Origin: Nitrospirota bacterium
GTDB taxonomy: Bacteria; Nitrospirota; UBA9217
Reading direction: 5' to 3'
Length of the DNA: 64,000 nt
Assembly: GCA_029858565.1 (NCBI GenBank)
Contig: JAOUEV010000002.1
Location: 102,428 to 166,427 of the forward strand
Shown: positions 9,548 to 17,865 of the stretch, piece by piece
Layout: each line of letters opens with the position of its first letter
Position numbering within the stretch: position 1 is the first letter of the stretch
Program-made: the position numbers and the translations under genes
The notes under the pieces: generated by a model
Told to the model about the DNA's origin: nothing
The model's input: the letters and a program-made list of their open reading frames with translations, nothing else
The model's database searches: none

Positions 9548-10627
9548 ATGAATGCCTGGTTCAGATATTTCCTGACACGATCGATCTCTCAGCGGAGGGG
9601 GCGGTTCATACTGTCGTCATCGGCCGTGCTGCTGTCCGTCATGGTGGTGACCGCGCTGGTCACGGTCTCGCTGGGAGTGCGCGAAAAGATCGGCGCGGAG
9701 CTGAAGCGCTACGGCGCCAACATGATAGTGACACACGGGGAAGGACAGTTGATCCCGGGAGCTGTCGCACAGGAGGTTCGTGGTCTTTCTCCGGCGATCA
9801 AGGACGCAGCATCGCAGCTCTACGGCAGCGCAATGCTCCGGCAAACGGCCGTGGAGATCGTTGGGATCGAACCAGGGAAAATGGCCGGCTACCGGGTAGC
9901 TGGCTCCTTGCCGGCCGGCCCCTCCGAACTGATGGTCGGTGTCAATCTGCGCGAGGCCATCAAGGTCAAACAAGGAGGCACGATAGCATTTGACGGTCAT
10001 TCCGGGGAGTTCACCATTTCGGCTTTTTTTGAAAAAGGGCCTGACGACGATTCCACGATCGTGCTGACCCTCGCAGGAGCGCAGAAACTGCTTGCCATGG
10101 ATGGCGTGAGCGCTGTGCTCCTGAACGCGGATTCCGCCCGGCTGCTGGAGGTTGAGCGCCGGGTGCGTGAACGCTGGCCTTTTCTCGAGGTGAAGACCCT
10201 GAAACAGGTTGCTGTTGCCGAGGAGCGGATACTGGGCAGGATCCAGCTGCTCATGCTGCTGGTGACGGTGGTGGTGCTCTTTTCCTCCATGGTCGCCTTG
10301 GGAAGCACAATGGGCGCCAACGTGATTGAACGCATGGAGGAGATCGGATTGATGAAGGCCATCGGTGCGACCCGGGGCGACATCCGCAGTTTTTTCATGG
10401 CTGAGGCGGCCCTGGCCGGGCTCACTGGTTCGCTTGCGGGATACGGAGGCGGCGTTCTGGCTGCCGAGGCTGTTTCTCGCACAGCTTTCGGTTCCTTCGT
10501 TCCCTTGAACGTTCTTGTCATTCCCGGTGCGCTGGTCCTGGGGATGGTCATTGCCATAGCCGCAACCTATATCCCGGTACGAGGCGCCATGAAGGTAGTG
10601 CCAGCCAGGATACTGCGCGGCGAATAG
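9548..10627 (+). CDS. ABC transporter permease, FtsX/MacB-like (second permease)
   Basis: Same architecture. FtsX block LMKAIGATRGDIRSFFMAEAALAGLTGSLAG. Confidence 0.85.
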   Translation: MNAWFRYFLTRSISQRRGRFILSSSAVLLSVMVVTALVTVSLGVREKIGAELKRYGANMIVTHGEGQLIPGAVAQEVRGLSPAIKDAASQLYGSAMLRQTAVEIVGIEPGKMAGYRVAGSLPAGPSELMVGVNLREAIKVKQGGTIAFDGHSGEFTISAFFEKGPDDDSTIVLTLAGAQKLLAMDGVSAVLLNADSARLLEVERRVRERWPFLEVKTLKQVAVAEERILGRIQLLMLLVTVVVLFSSMVALGSTMGANVIERMEEIGLMKAIGATRGDIRSFFMAEAALAGLTGSLAGYGGGVLAAEAVSRTAFGSFVPLNVLVIPGALVLGMVIAIAATYIPVRGAMKVVPARILRGE

Positions 10628-10764
10628 AGTGAAAGGTGAAGCTCCTTTCGCGGAATTAGGATTGCTGCGGGATTTCGAGAGGATTATCCATGTTTCCCGC
10701 TCTTTTGTCAGTATTGAACAACCACCCCTGTTAACGGGCCGGAATCTTGTTGAGGATCGATACA

Positions 10765-11433
10765 ATGTCTTTTATAACCATTGAGAAGGTGAGCAAGGAA
10801 TACGCAACGACCCGCGCGCTGAATGGCGTGGATTGCACGATCGGATCGGGCGAGTGGGTCAACATCATGGGGCCGTCGGGGTCGGGAAAAAGCACGCTTC
10901 TGAACATCCTCGGGGGACTCGACAGGCCCACCGAGGGCATTGTTACCATCAACAGCACGGACATCAACAGACTGTCGGAGGATGAACTTGCACGCTTTCG
11001 GCGGGAGACGATCGGTTTCGTGTTCCAGCAATCGCACCTGATACCTTACCTCGATGCCACCGAGAACGTGATGCTTGCCCAGTATTTCCACAGCATCCCA
11101 GACCGCGGGGAGGCAGAAGAGGCGCTGAAGCGCGTTGGACTGGGCCACCGCCTCCGGCATCGGCCGGCCGAGCTCTCGGGCGGCGAGCAGCAGCGCGTCG
11201 GGATCGCCCGCGCGCTGATCAACAATCCCAACCTGCTGCTCGCTGACGAACCGACCGGCAACCTTGACCGTTCCAATACCAGGAACATCCTCGAACTGCT
11301 CAAAGAGCTTCACGCCCAGGAAAAGTTCACCGTCGTAGTAGTGACCCACGACCCCTTTGTGTCCCAATGGGCCCGTCGGGTGATCTCCATGGAGGACGGA
11401 AGGATCATCAGGGATGAGCCGGTTCGTTCTTGA
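10765..11433 (+). CDS. ABC transporter ATP-binding protein (MacB/LolD-type)
   Basis: Walker [10 protein letters not shown], signature [15 protein letters not shown], Walker [13 protein letters not shown]. Start taken at [10 protein letters not shown] (Met7 of the listed ORF), with GAGGA 7 nt upstream. Confidence 0.9.
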   Translation: MSFITIEKVSKEYATTRALNGVDCTIGSGEWVNIMGPSGSGKSTLLNILGGLDRPTEGIVTINSTDINRLSEDELARFRRETIGFVFQQSHLIPYLDATENVMLAQYFHSIPDRGEAEEALKRVGLGHRLRHRPAELSGGEQQRVGIARALINNPNLLLADEPTGNLDRSNTRNILELLKELHAQEKFTVVVVTHDPFVSQWARRVISMEDGRIIRDEPVRS

Positions 11434-12802
11434 AGCGCTGTTCATTGGAGCGAAAGAAGGCGTCAAGCTTTCTTTTTGCACTCTGCTGGTATTCTCGCTT
11501 CTGAGCGGTCGCGAGCGTCTTCCCCTGAAACGGTCCGTGATTGCCGGACTCCTTGTCGTGTTCCTTGCCTCTTTTCTCCTGCTTACCCTGCCGGTCACGT
11601 TCGAAATGCGCGAAATTATCGTTCGGATGATAGGGTATGTCTTTGGAATTTTCTTTTTTCTTTCCATTGGCGCGCTCTTTCACGAGTCAGGGACCGATAT
11701 CATCGGCCCTTTCCGCAGCGTTGGCGGGAAAAGGGTGCTCCAGATCCCTATCCTGCTGGTCTTAACCATTGGTTATTTTGCGCCTGACATGGCCGGCTCT
11801 GCGCTGTTCATTGCAGACCTTGCATCCATGGCACAGGCGCCTATGCCGGTCTTTCTTGCTTCCGGGCTCGGGTTTGTCCTGTTCATTGCCGGGACCGCTG
11901 CCCTTGGCAGGAAGGTACAGCCTGTGTTCCCGCGTCTTTTTGGTTTGCCCCAGGTGCTGCTGACCCTGGCACTCATCAAACTGCTTGCCGGCGGGATACG
12001 GGGATTTGCCGAACTTACTCTCATCCCGGCGGTGCAGGCTGGTCTCATGAAACTGGTCCACGATGTCATTCACCAGACCTTTGTCATGATCCTTGTGCCT
12101 GACCACCCCGTGCTTTCGACGACAACATGGAACTTTGTGGGTTTCTTGTTTCGGGAGACCGCGGGGCTTTGGTTGTCTCTGATCCTGCTGGTAACGCCGC
12201 TCGTCCTGTTCGTGATCAAACATTTCCGGGAGCCCCTTCGGTATCCCGGGAGCATTGATCGTCCGTCTCAAAGACGCATGTTCATCAGGTCTATTCGCGA
12301 TCAGCGGCTTCTCAAATCGCTTCCCGTGCTTTTCTTTTTAGCGGTAATCATCATGACCTGGTTCTCCCAGCAGGACGCGCCCGGTGTAAGCCTGTATCTA
12401 CCGGACCCTAAACCTGTCGCTGCGGACGGAGATGCATTGAATATTCCCATCCAATCGCCGACAGAAGACCTTCGCGACGGCGCTATTCATAAATTTTCGC
12501 TCCTGATTCGTGACGAACAGGTCAGGTTACTGATCATGAAAAAGCCTGACGGGACGCTCACGGCATGCCTCGATGCATGCGAAATATGCCCGCCCGATGG
12601 TTATGGCCAATCACGAGAACATGTTGTCTGCCTTTACTGTAAAACCCCCATCCCCTTTGATACGGTCGGGAAGCCCGGTGGATGCAATCCAATCCCCCTG
12701 CCAACTGTTGTGACGGACAAGGAAGTGCGGCTGACAATGAAGGATATCTCCGAAAAATGGGTCCTGGTGAAGTCCGGGGCATCCAAGACTACTGTAAAAT
12801 GA
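11414..12802 (+). CDS. polytopic membrane protein with FTR1-like N-terminal domain (degenerate RExxE motifs) and C-terminal Cys-rich COG4393/DUF2318-like domain
   Basis: TM1 LFIGAKEGVKLSF and a later TM FLFRETAGLWLSL resemble the two FTR1/EfeU REGLE helices, but with KEGVK and RETAG. C-terminal domain CLDACEICPPDGYG...CLYCKTPIP...GGC. Overlaps the ATPase gene by 20 nt. Confidence 0.55.
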   Translation: MSRFVLEALFIGAKEGVKLSFCTLLVFSLLSGRERLPLKRSVIAGLLVVFLASFLLLTLPVTFEMREIIVRMIGYVFGIFFFLSIGALFHESGTDIIGPFRSVGGKRVLQIPILLVLTIGYFAPDMAGSALFIADLASMAQAPMPVFLASGLGFVLFIAGTAALGRKVQPVFPRLFGLPQVLLTLALIKLLAGGIRGFAELTLIPAVQAGLMKLVHDVIHQTFVMILVPDHPVLSTTTWNFVGFLFRETAGLWLSLILLVTPLVLFVIKHFREPLRYPGSIDRPSQRRMFIRSIRDQRLLKSLPVLFFLAVIIMTWFSQQDAPGVSLYLPDPKPVAADGDALNIPIQSPTEDLRDGAIHKFSLLIRDEQVRLLIMKKPDGTLTACLDACEICPPDGYGQSREHVVCLYCKTPIPFDTVGKPGGCNPIPLPTVVTDKEVRLTMKDISEKWVLVKSGASKTTVK

Positions 12803-13797
12803 AATCGATTGCCGCCCGAATATATGCATTTCTGCGCTCTGCTGCTCTCACGGTCTGGCTTGTGGGATTGTTCCTGTTCTATTATCTCTCGATGGCCGTG
12901 TGGAGCAATGAAGCTTTTGGTATGTACATTGTCCATCTTTCTTCGAATAACCTGTTTCGTGGGTTTTATCTTTTATTCCTCTCCAATGTGGTTCTTCGTC
13001 TCATAGAGAGACTGCAACGCCTTTGGTCAACAAGGGCGCAATTCATTCTCCAATTGCCCTTGTTGGTGGGGCTTTTGCTGTTCCTGCCGGCCTTGTTCCT
13101 GAGCTTGAACATGAGAAAGACACTGCGAACTCCACCGGTTGGCATGGGAGACATCATCACTGTTCCCCACGGCACGGAGAAGTATCAGATCCAGTCTGTT
13201 GAGCCTGCGCTCAAGAAACGCTCTCTCAGGAATGAAGGGGCCGCGGTCTTTGATTACGAACCGGGGCTCATGCTCCTGGATCCTCAGGGAAGAACGTACC
13301 GGGTCGGCGCTTTTCCTCCCAGTCCTGTCGGCTCAACCTATATGCATGTGCTGACATTCGGGATCGGCCCTGGTGTGGAACTTAAAAAGGGGAGAGAAGT
13401 GGTATTTCGCGGATATATAGCGTTGCAGTTGACGCCATTTGGAAATGTCGACGTTTTTGACAATTCTGATTTGCCCTATAAGTTCTATTTGAGCATAATT
13501 CCCAATAGTACAATAAGAAAAGGAAAGGAATCCGCGAATACGTATGACCTTGAGAAACCGCGGTATAATGTCACTGTCGTAAAGGAAGAACAGACCATTT
13601 TAAACGGGGAAACAGATTCTTCGATCAGAATTGATGAAAACCTCACTCTTTCGTTCTTTACGCCATCGGACTGGGTCATAGTTGAAGTTGTTCAAGATAG
13701 GTTTTTGCCATGGTTTGTTCTTTCGATATGCTTAATCTGCGTGGGAATTGTGCCCTTCCTCTTCTCAATGGTGATGTCTAAACTAAGGGCGAAGTGA
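12799..13797 (+). CDS. membrane protein, possibly a short ResB/Ccs1-like paralogue
   Basis: Start ATG overlaps the upstream stop (ATGA), giving MKSIAARIYAFLRSAALTVWLV. Three N-terminal TM helices, a ~200-aa soluble domain, and a C-terminal TM helix (WFVLSICLICVGIVPFLF). Topology and C-terminal region (DWVIVEVVQDRF) loosely resemble ResB. No CcsA partner. Confidence 0.4.
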   Translation: MKSIAARIYAFLRSAALTVWLVGLFLFYYLSMAVWSNEAFGMYIVHLSSNNLFRGFYLLFLSNVVLRLIERLQRLWSTRAQFILQLPLLVGLLLFLPALFLSLNMRKTLRTPPVGMGDIITVPHGTEKYQIQSVEPALKKRSLRNEGAAVFDYEPGLMLLDPQGRTYRVGAFPPSPVGSTYMHVLTFGIGPGVELKKGREVVFRGYIALQLTPFGNVDVFDNSDLPYKFYLSIIPNSTIRKGKESANTYDLEKPRYNVTVVKEEQTILNGETDSSIRIDENLTLSFFTPSDWVIVEVVQDRFLPWFVLSICLICVGIVPFLFSMVMSKLRAK

Positions 13798-14163
13798 ACG
13801 GCTTTTTATTTCGTTTGAAATGCGCAATAGTTGTCGTACATAAGTCCCTATCGGACGGCAGATTAGGATGAACTTGGCTAGTTATTGTTGAGGAACAAAA
13901 TTATTAGGTGTTTTTTTTATTAAATTTCATGGCATTATAAAAAAATTGCTTTGAGCATTATAAGTCTAGCATGTTTGAAAACCAACAAGGCTTTTGAGCG
14001 ATAACACTCAAAATAAGTCATTGGTGTCTTGTAATATAAAGCTAATATATTGATATTTAAAGAATGCCTATGCTGGTATATGAATTGCAAAGTATATTAA
14101 TTGAAAAAGTAATGTATATAAGCTTGGAAATCTATTAAACATATTGATTTTTAAGGAGAAGCG
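13798..14163 (+). promoter_or_regulatory. ~366-bp strongly AT-rich intergenic island; presumed promoter/regulatory region of the multiheme cytochrome operon
   Basis: Read directly: long A/T runs (ttttttttattaaatttcatggcattataaaaaaattg...), in sharp contrast with the GC-rich flanks. Ends with GGAG 6 nt before the ATG at 14164. Confidence 0.5.
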
Positions 14164-14964
14164 ATGGCCACTTGCAATAGATTCACGAAAACCAATCCCT
14201 TTATCTCATTGCTTGCGCTTGGCTTGGTTTGTGTATGTTTTGCTGCTCCGGTTGATGCGCTGACAATCGTCGGTAGCAAGCATGATTTTACATCGACTGC
14301 CTCGGGCACGAACAATTTCGCGGATAATTTCTTTGTGCCGGATCCGGCAACGGGATTCCCAACGCCGATCGATCAGGTCTGCGTTTTCTGTCATACGCCT
14401 CACCATGCAGCGCTCGGCGCAGCCGCCCCTCTGTGGAACAGGACCTCGTCGCCTCCTGATGCGACGTATACATTCAAAATGTATACAAGCGAGTCCTTCA
14501 CGTATGGTCCTGTTGGCGGTCCCACGGGCATCAGCGCCTTGTGCATGAGCTGCCATGATGGTGTATCGTCTATCGCGGTGAGCACGCTTCTGAACCCCCC
14601 GGGAGACGCGACGCCCGATCAGGTCACTACATCGATGTCCTCCAATGGTGCAATAGGTGCGGTGTATAATGGTGATCCTCTTACGAATGGATGGGGCGCG
14701 AACCTTGGTAATATTGACCCCTTGTTCCCGGGAACCAAGATCATAGACCTGAGCAACGATCATCCGATTTCATTCGTCTATCCGACCAGTGCTTCGGGCA
14801 TCTATCCTTCTACTTCGATAGATACTCGTCTCCGTCTCTTTGGTGCTAGCAAGGACATGGTCGAGTGTGCGACCTGTCATTTGGTGCACGACAACCAGTA
14901 CGAGCCTTTCCTGGCAATGCCGAACAACGGCAGCCAGATGTGTCTATCCTGTCATCAAAAATAG
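14164..14964 (+). CDS. tetraheme c-type cytochrome (doubled-CXXCH type)
   Basis: Signal peptide, then four CXXCH motifs: CVFCHTPHH, CMSCHDG, CATCHLVHD and CLSCHQK. GSKHDF precedes the first motif, as in the Geobacter doubled-CXXCH domain. Confidence 0.85.
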   Translation: MATCNRFTKTNPFISLLALGLVCVCFAAPVDALTIVGSKHDFTSTASGTNNFADNFFVPDPATGFPTPIDQVCVFCHTPHHAALGAAAPLWNRTSSPPDATYTFKMYTSESFTYGPVGGPTGISALCMSCHDGVSSIAVSTLLNPPGDATPDQVTTSMSSNGAIGAVYNGDPLTNGWGANLGNIDPLFPGTKIIDLSNDHPISFVYPTSASGIYPSTSIDTRLRLFGASKDMVECATCHLVHDNQYEPFLAMPNNGSQMCLSCHQK

Positions 14965-15045
14965 ATCCGGAACTGCAGCCATCTGTAGTCGGAAATATTT
15001 ATGAAGAATTATTTAAGAAGAGTGAACGCGGCCTCGGAGGTGGGT

Positions 15046-17787
15046 ATGAAAACGGTGAAGATTTCGATCATTCTGATGATTGCCATCGTGGCAGTGGCCA
15101 GTGCTGCCTTCGCGGCCCCGGTCCGGATCGGGACCCTGGAGCAGAATATCTCGGACCCTGTGCGGGTGGCTTTGGATGCTCAGGGGAATATATATGTGAC
15201 CGAGGCACAGCGCGACCTCGTCCTGGTTTATACCAGTAAAGGTCAGCATAAGACTGGCCTTTCGGTTCCTCGACCGCTCGGTGTTGCGGTTGACGGGAAC
15301 GGAACGATTTATGTAAGTTCTGGAAATCAGAGGACCAAAAACCCGGTGTATGTATTCACCCCGGACTTTGTGAAAGCCGGATGCCTGGGTGGGGCATCAT
15401 GCGCGGAATTTGTAAAGCCCATCGATGTGGCTGTTGATGGAAAAGGCAATGTGTATGTCGTAGACAATGACCCTGATTATAGTGTGGTCAAGGTGTATGA
15501 CGGTGCAGGCTCACTTATCCGTACGATTGCCGGCAGTGGCGCATCGCGGTTGAATAAACCCATGAGTGTTGCCATCGACGATACAGCCGGGGAAATCATA
15601 ATTTCCGATCAGCCGGATGTGATTGTTGCTGGTCAAAAGGCGATTGGCGCACGGATCCAGGCTTTTGATGGATCTGGAATTGCTGTGCGGACGATTGGTC
15701 AGTATGGGATCGAGGTCGGTCAGTTCAAAGAAGCTACAGATATTGCCATTGATGCCAAGGGGCAGCTGTATGTTACTGACGGCGCTTTGGGTGTCACTAA
15801 TATTATCAATGCCTCCGACGGGAACATCGTCGGTATTCTTTATGACGCCGGCAAGCCTGGTTATAACCCTAACGGTGTTGTGGTAAGCAAAAATGGACTT
15901 GCGTATGTGGTCATGCAAAAAGGCGAAGGCAGCAAGGGCAGGATTGACATTTACGCTCTTGAAGGATATGTGACGATGGCGGCTGCGCCTGCAGCGCTGA
16001 TGTTCGAGGCTCGGCAGTTCTCGGGCAATCCTTCCGCTCAGACGGTATCGGTAAGCAACAGCGGCAGCGGCACTCTCAACTGGACGGCATCGAAGAGCCA
16101 GTCGTGGATCGTGCTGGGGCAGGATGCAGGTACGGCGGGACCGAATGGATCTTCCGGTCTTCCCGTTGGTATAGACATCTCCGCGTTGAAGGCGGGAATT
16201 TATACAGGCACTGTTGCGGTCGTATCGGATTTCGGCCAGACGGAGTCAGTCGGTGTTTCTGTGAATGTGCTGAATCCGCTGATCCTGAATATCAGCAAGA
16301 GCACGATGACATTTACTGCTAAGAAGGGCAAAACAGCGGCTGCCCAGTCTCTTGCAACAGGGATCGACAACGTCACCACGGCAACGGCGTGGAGCGCGAA
16401 GTCCGATTCAACGTGGCTTTCTGTAACACCGGCATCGGGAACTGCGACTGCCGCGTCTGCGGTTGCTGGTGCAAACGTAACGATCAACACCGCTGGCATG
16501 GGTGTTGGAACCTATAAGGGTGCTATCACGGTATCTGCCCCCGGAGCTATCGGAGATGGCAGTGCTGTTATGGTTATGCTTACGATAACCCCGACCACGA
16601 AGATCACCGTAAATACGAACAATGAAAATGCCAAGTTCTCGGTAAGCGGCCCGTCGACATACAATGGTAGCGGCTCATCATGGAGTGTGGAAGATGTTCC
16701 TGCGGGCGATTATAAGGTCAACTTTGAGCCTGTTGCCGGCTATCGCAAACCGAAGGCAGCGATGGGGGCTGTCCCGGCGGATGGCGAGGTTTCCTTCTCG
16801 GGAAATTATACGTCCTTCGCTGATATTGCTGCGCGGCGGAATATCCTTGTGGCCGGTGCTCTTGGCGTAAAAGCGCGTGATTCTGAGGTCAGTGTGTATA
16901 GCAATACGGGTGCTCTTTCGCAGGCAATTGATCTGTCAGCGAATTACGGTGCCAGCGTGGCGGTCGCCGATGTTGACAATGACGGCGCAGAAGAGATTAT
17001 TGTTAGTGCCGCAGAAAAGGGGAGCAATCCCGCGACGGTTACGGTTATGAAAGCTGACAGGACCGTACTGAACAGCTTCGTTCCTTTTGCGAATGCCAAT
17101 GCTGTTCGGGTCGCGGCAGGAGACATGGATGGAAATGGGTCTGCGGAAATTGTCGTCATCCCAGCGCCTACCAGAAACGGCGCTGCCGGGACCGCAGCAG
17201 TGTATACCTACGACAGTGCGAGCGCGAAGATGATCGAAGTCGCGGCAGTGACCATGTATAAGAAGACGTCAATAGTTGACGTTGCTGTCGCGGATATTAA
17301 TGGTGATGGAAAAGCGGAACTTTTAACACTAGCCGCGTTTGAAGGAAAATCAGCAGGAATGGTAAAAGCCTGGAGCGTGAGCGCTGCAAAGGGTGGTTGG
17401 TCAGCAGCCTTGATCAACGATATCACCATGAACGGTGAAATGATGGGCGCTGCAGTGGCCGGTGGCGATGTCGATGGAGACGGTGTAAGTGAGATTATTG
17501 TCGGTTCCGCGGCAGATGCGGGTGGTATGCTGACCATCATTAAAGGCGACGGAACTCAGACGAAGGTGAAGGTCTTTGGCAGGAAGGATGTGGCTGGTAT
17601 GACGCTGGCCGTTGCTGACCTCGATGGCGACGGTAAGGCTGATCTCGTTGCGGCGCCTGTGCTTGAGAGTGGGAATGCGAAGAAGGATGGTGCGATCGAG
17701 GTCCTGAATTCGAATGGCACCTTGATGTTCTCGATCGATGTCAAGGCGGATGGTGCGAATGTTGCCATCGGTGAACTTGGTCTCTAA
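15046..17787 (+). CDS. secreted NHL-repeat beta-propeller / Ig-like x2 / PEGA-like / FG-GAP beta-propeller protein
   Basis: Start at Met16 of the listed ORF, with GGAGG 5 nt upstream and a signal peptide MKTVKISIILMIAIVAVASAAFA. NHL-like repeats: PRPLGVAVDGNGTIYVS and PIDVAVDGKGNVYVVD. Two Ig/BACON-like domains. FG-GAP repeats: VADVDNDGAEEIIVS, AGDMDGNGSAEIVV, VADINGDGKAELL, GGDVDGDGVSEIIVG and VADLDGDGKADLV. Confidence 0.8.
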   Translation: MKTVKISIILMIAIVAVASAAFAAPVRIGTLEQNISDPVRVALDAQGNIYVTEAQRDLVLVYTSKGQHKTGLSVPRPLGVAVDGNGTIYVSSGNQRTKNPVYVFTPDFVKAGCLGGASCAEFVKPIDVAVDGKGNVYVVDNDPDYSVVKVYDGAGSLIRTIAGSGASRLNKPMSVAIDDTAGEIIISDQPDVIVAGQKAIGARIQAFDGSGIAVRTIGQYGIEVGQFKEATDIAIDAKGQLYVTDGALGVTNIINASDGNIVGILYDAGKPGYNPNGVVVSKNGLAYVVMQKGEGSKGRIDIYALEGYVTMAAAPAALMFEARQFSGNPSAQTVSVSNSGSGTLNWTASKSQSWIVLGQDAGTAGPNGSSGLPVGIDISALKAGIYTGTVAVVSDFGQTESVGVSVNVLNPLILNISKSTMTFTAKKGKTAAAQSLATGIDNVTTATAWSAKSDSTWLSVTPASGTATAASAVAGANVTINTAGMGVGTYKGAITVSAPGAIGDGSAVMVMLTITPTTKITVNTNNENAKFSVSGPSTYNGSGSSWSVEDVPAGDYKVNFEPVAGYRKPKAAMGAVPADGEVSFSGNYTSFADIAARRNILVAGALGVKARDSEVSVYSNTGALSQAIDLSANYGASVAVADVDNDGAEEIIVSAAEKGSNPATVTVMKADRTVLNSFVPFANANAVRVAAGDMDGNGSAEIVVIPAPTRNGAAGTAAVYTYDSASAKMIEVAAVTMYKKTSIVDVAVADINGDGKAELLTLAAFEGKSAGMVKAWSVSAAKGGWSAALINDITMNGEMMGAAVAGGDVDGDGVSEIIVGSAADAGGMLTIIKGDGTQTKVKVFGRKDVAGMTLAVADLDGDGKADLVAAPVLESGNAKKDGAIEVLNSNGTLMFSIDVKADGANVAIGELGL

Positions 17788-17865
17788 TTCATGATCGTGA
17801 CCAGCATGAACATGAATGGAATTAAAAGATTGATACGGCGTACTCTGCAAGAAGGAGCGGTGACT

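Noticed and set aside
9617-11667. Long minus-strand ORFs (382 aa and 319 aa) antisense to the ABC permease and ATPase genes
   Set aside because: Arg/Gly/His-rich low-complexity translations typical of antisense frames in GC-rich DNA. The sense strand carries unmistakable FtsX and Walker A/B/signature motifs.
11414-12802. Calling the membrane protein an FTR1 iron permease outright (gene symbol ftr1/efeU)
   Set aside because: The two signature helices carry KEGVK and RETAG instead of REGLE, so the iron-coordinating glutamates are only partly conserved. Kept as FTR1-like with moderate confidence and no symbol.
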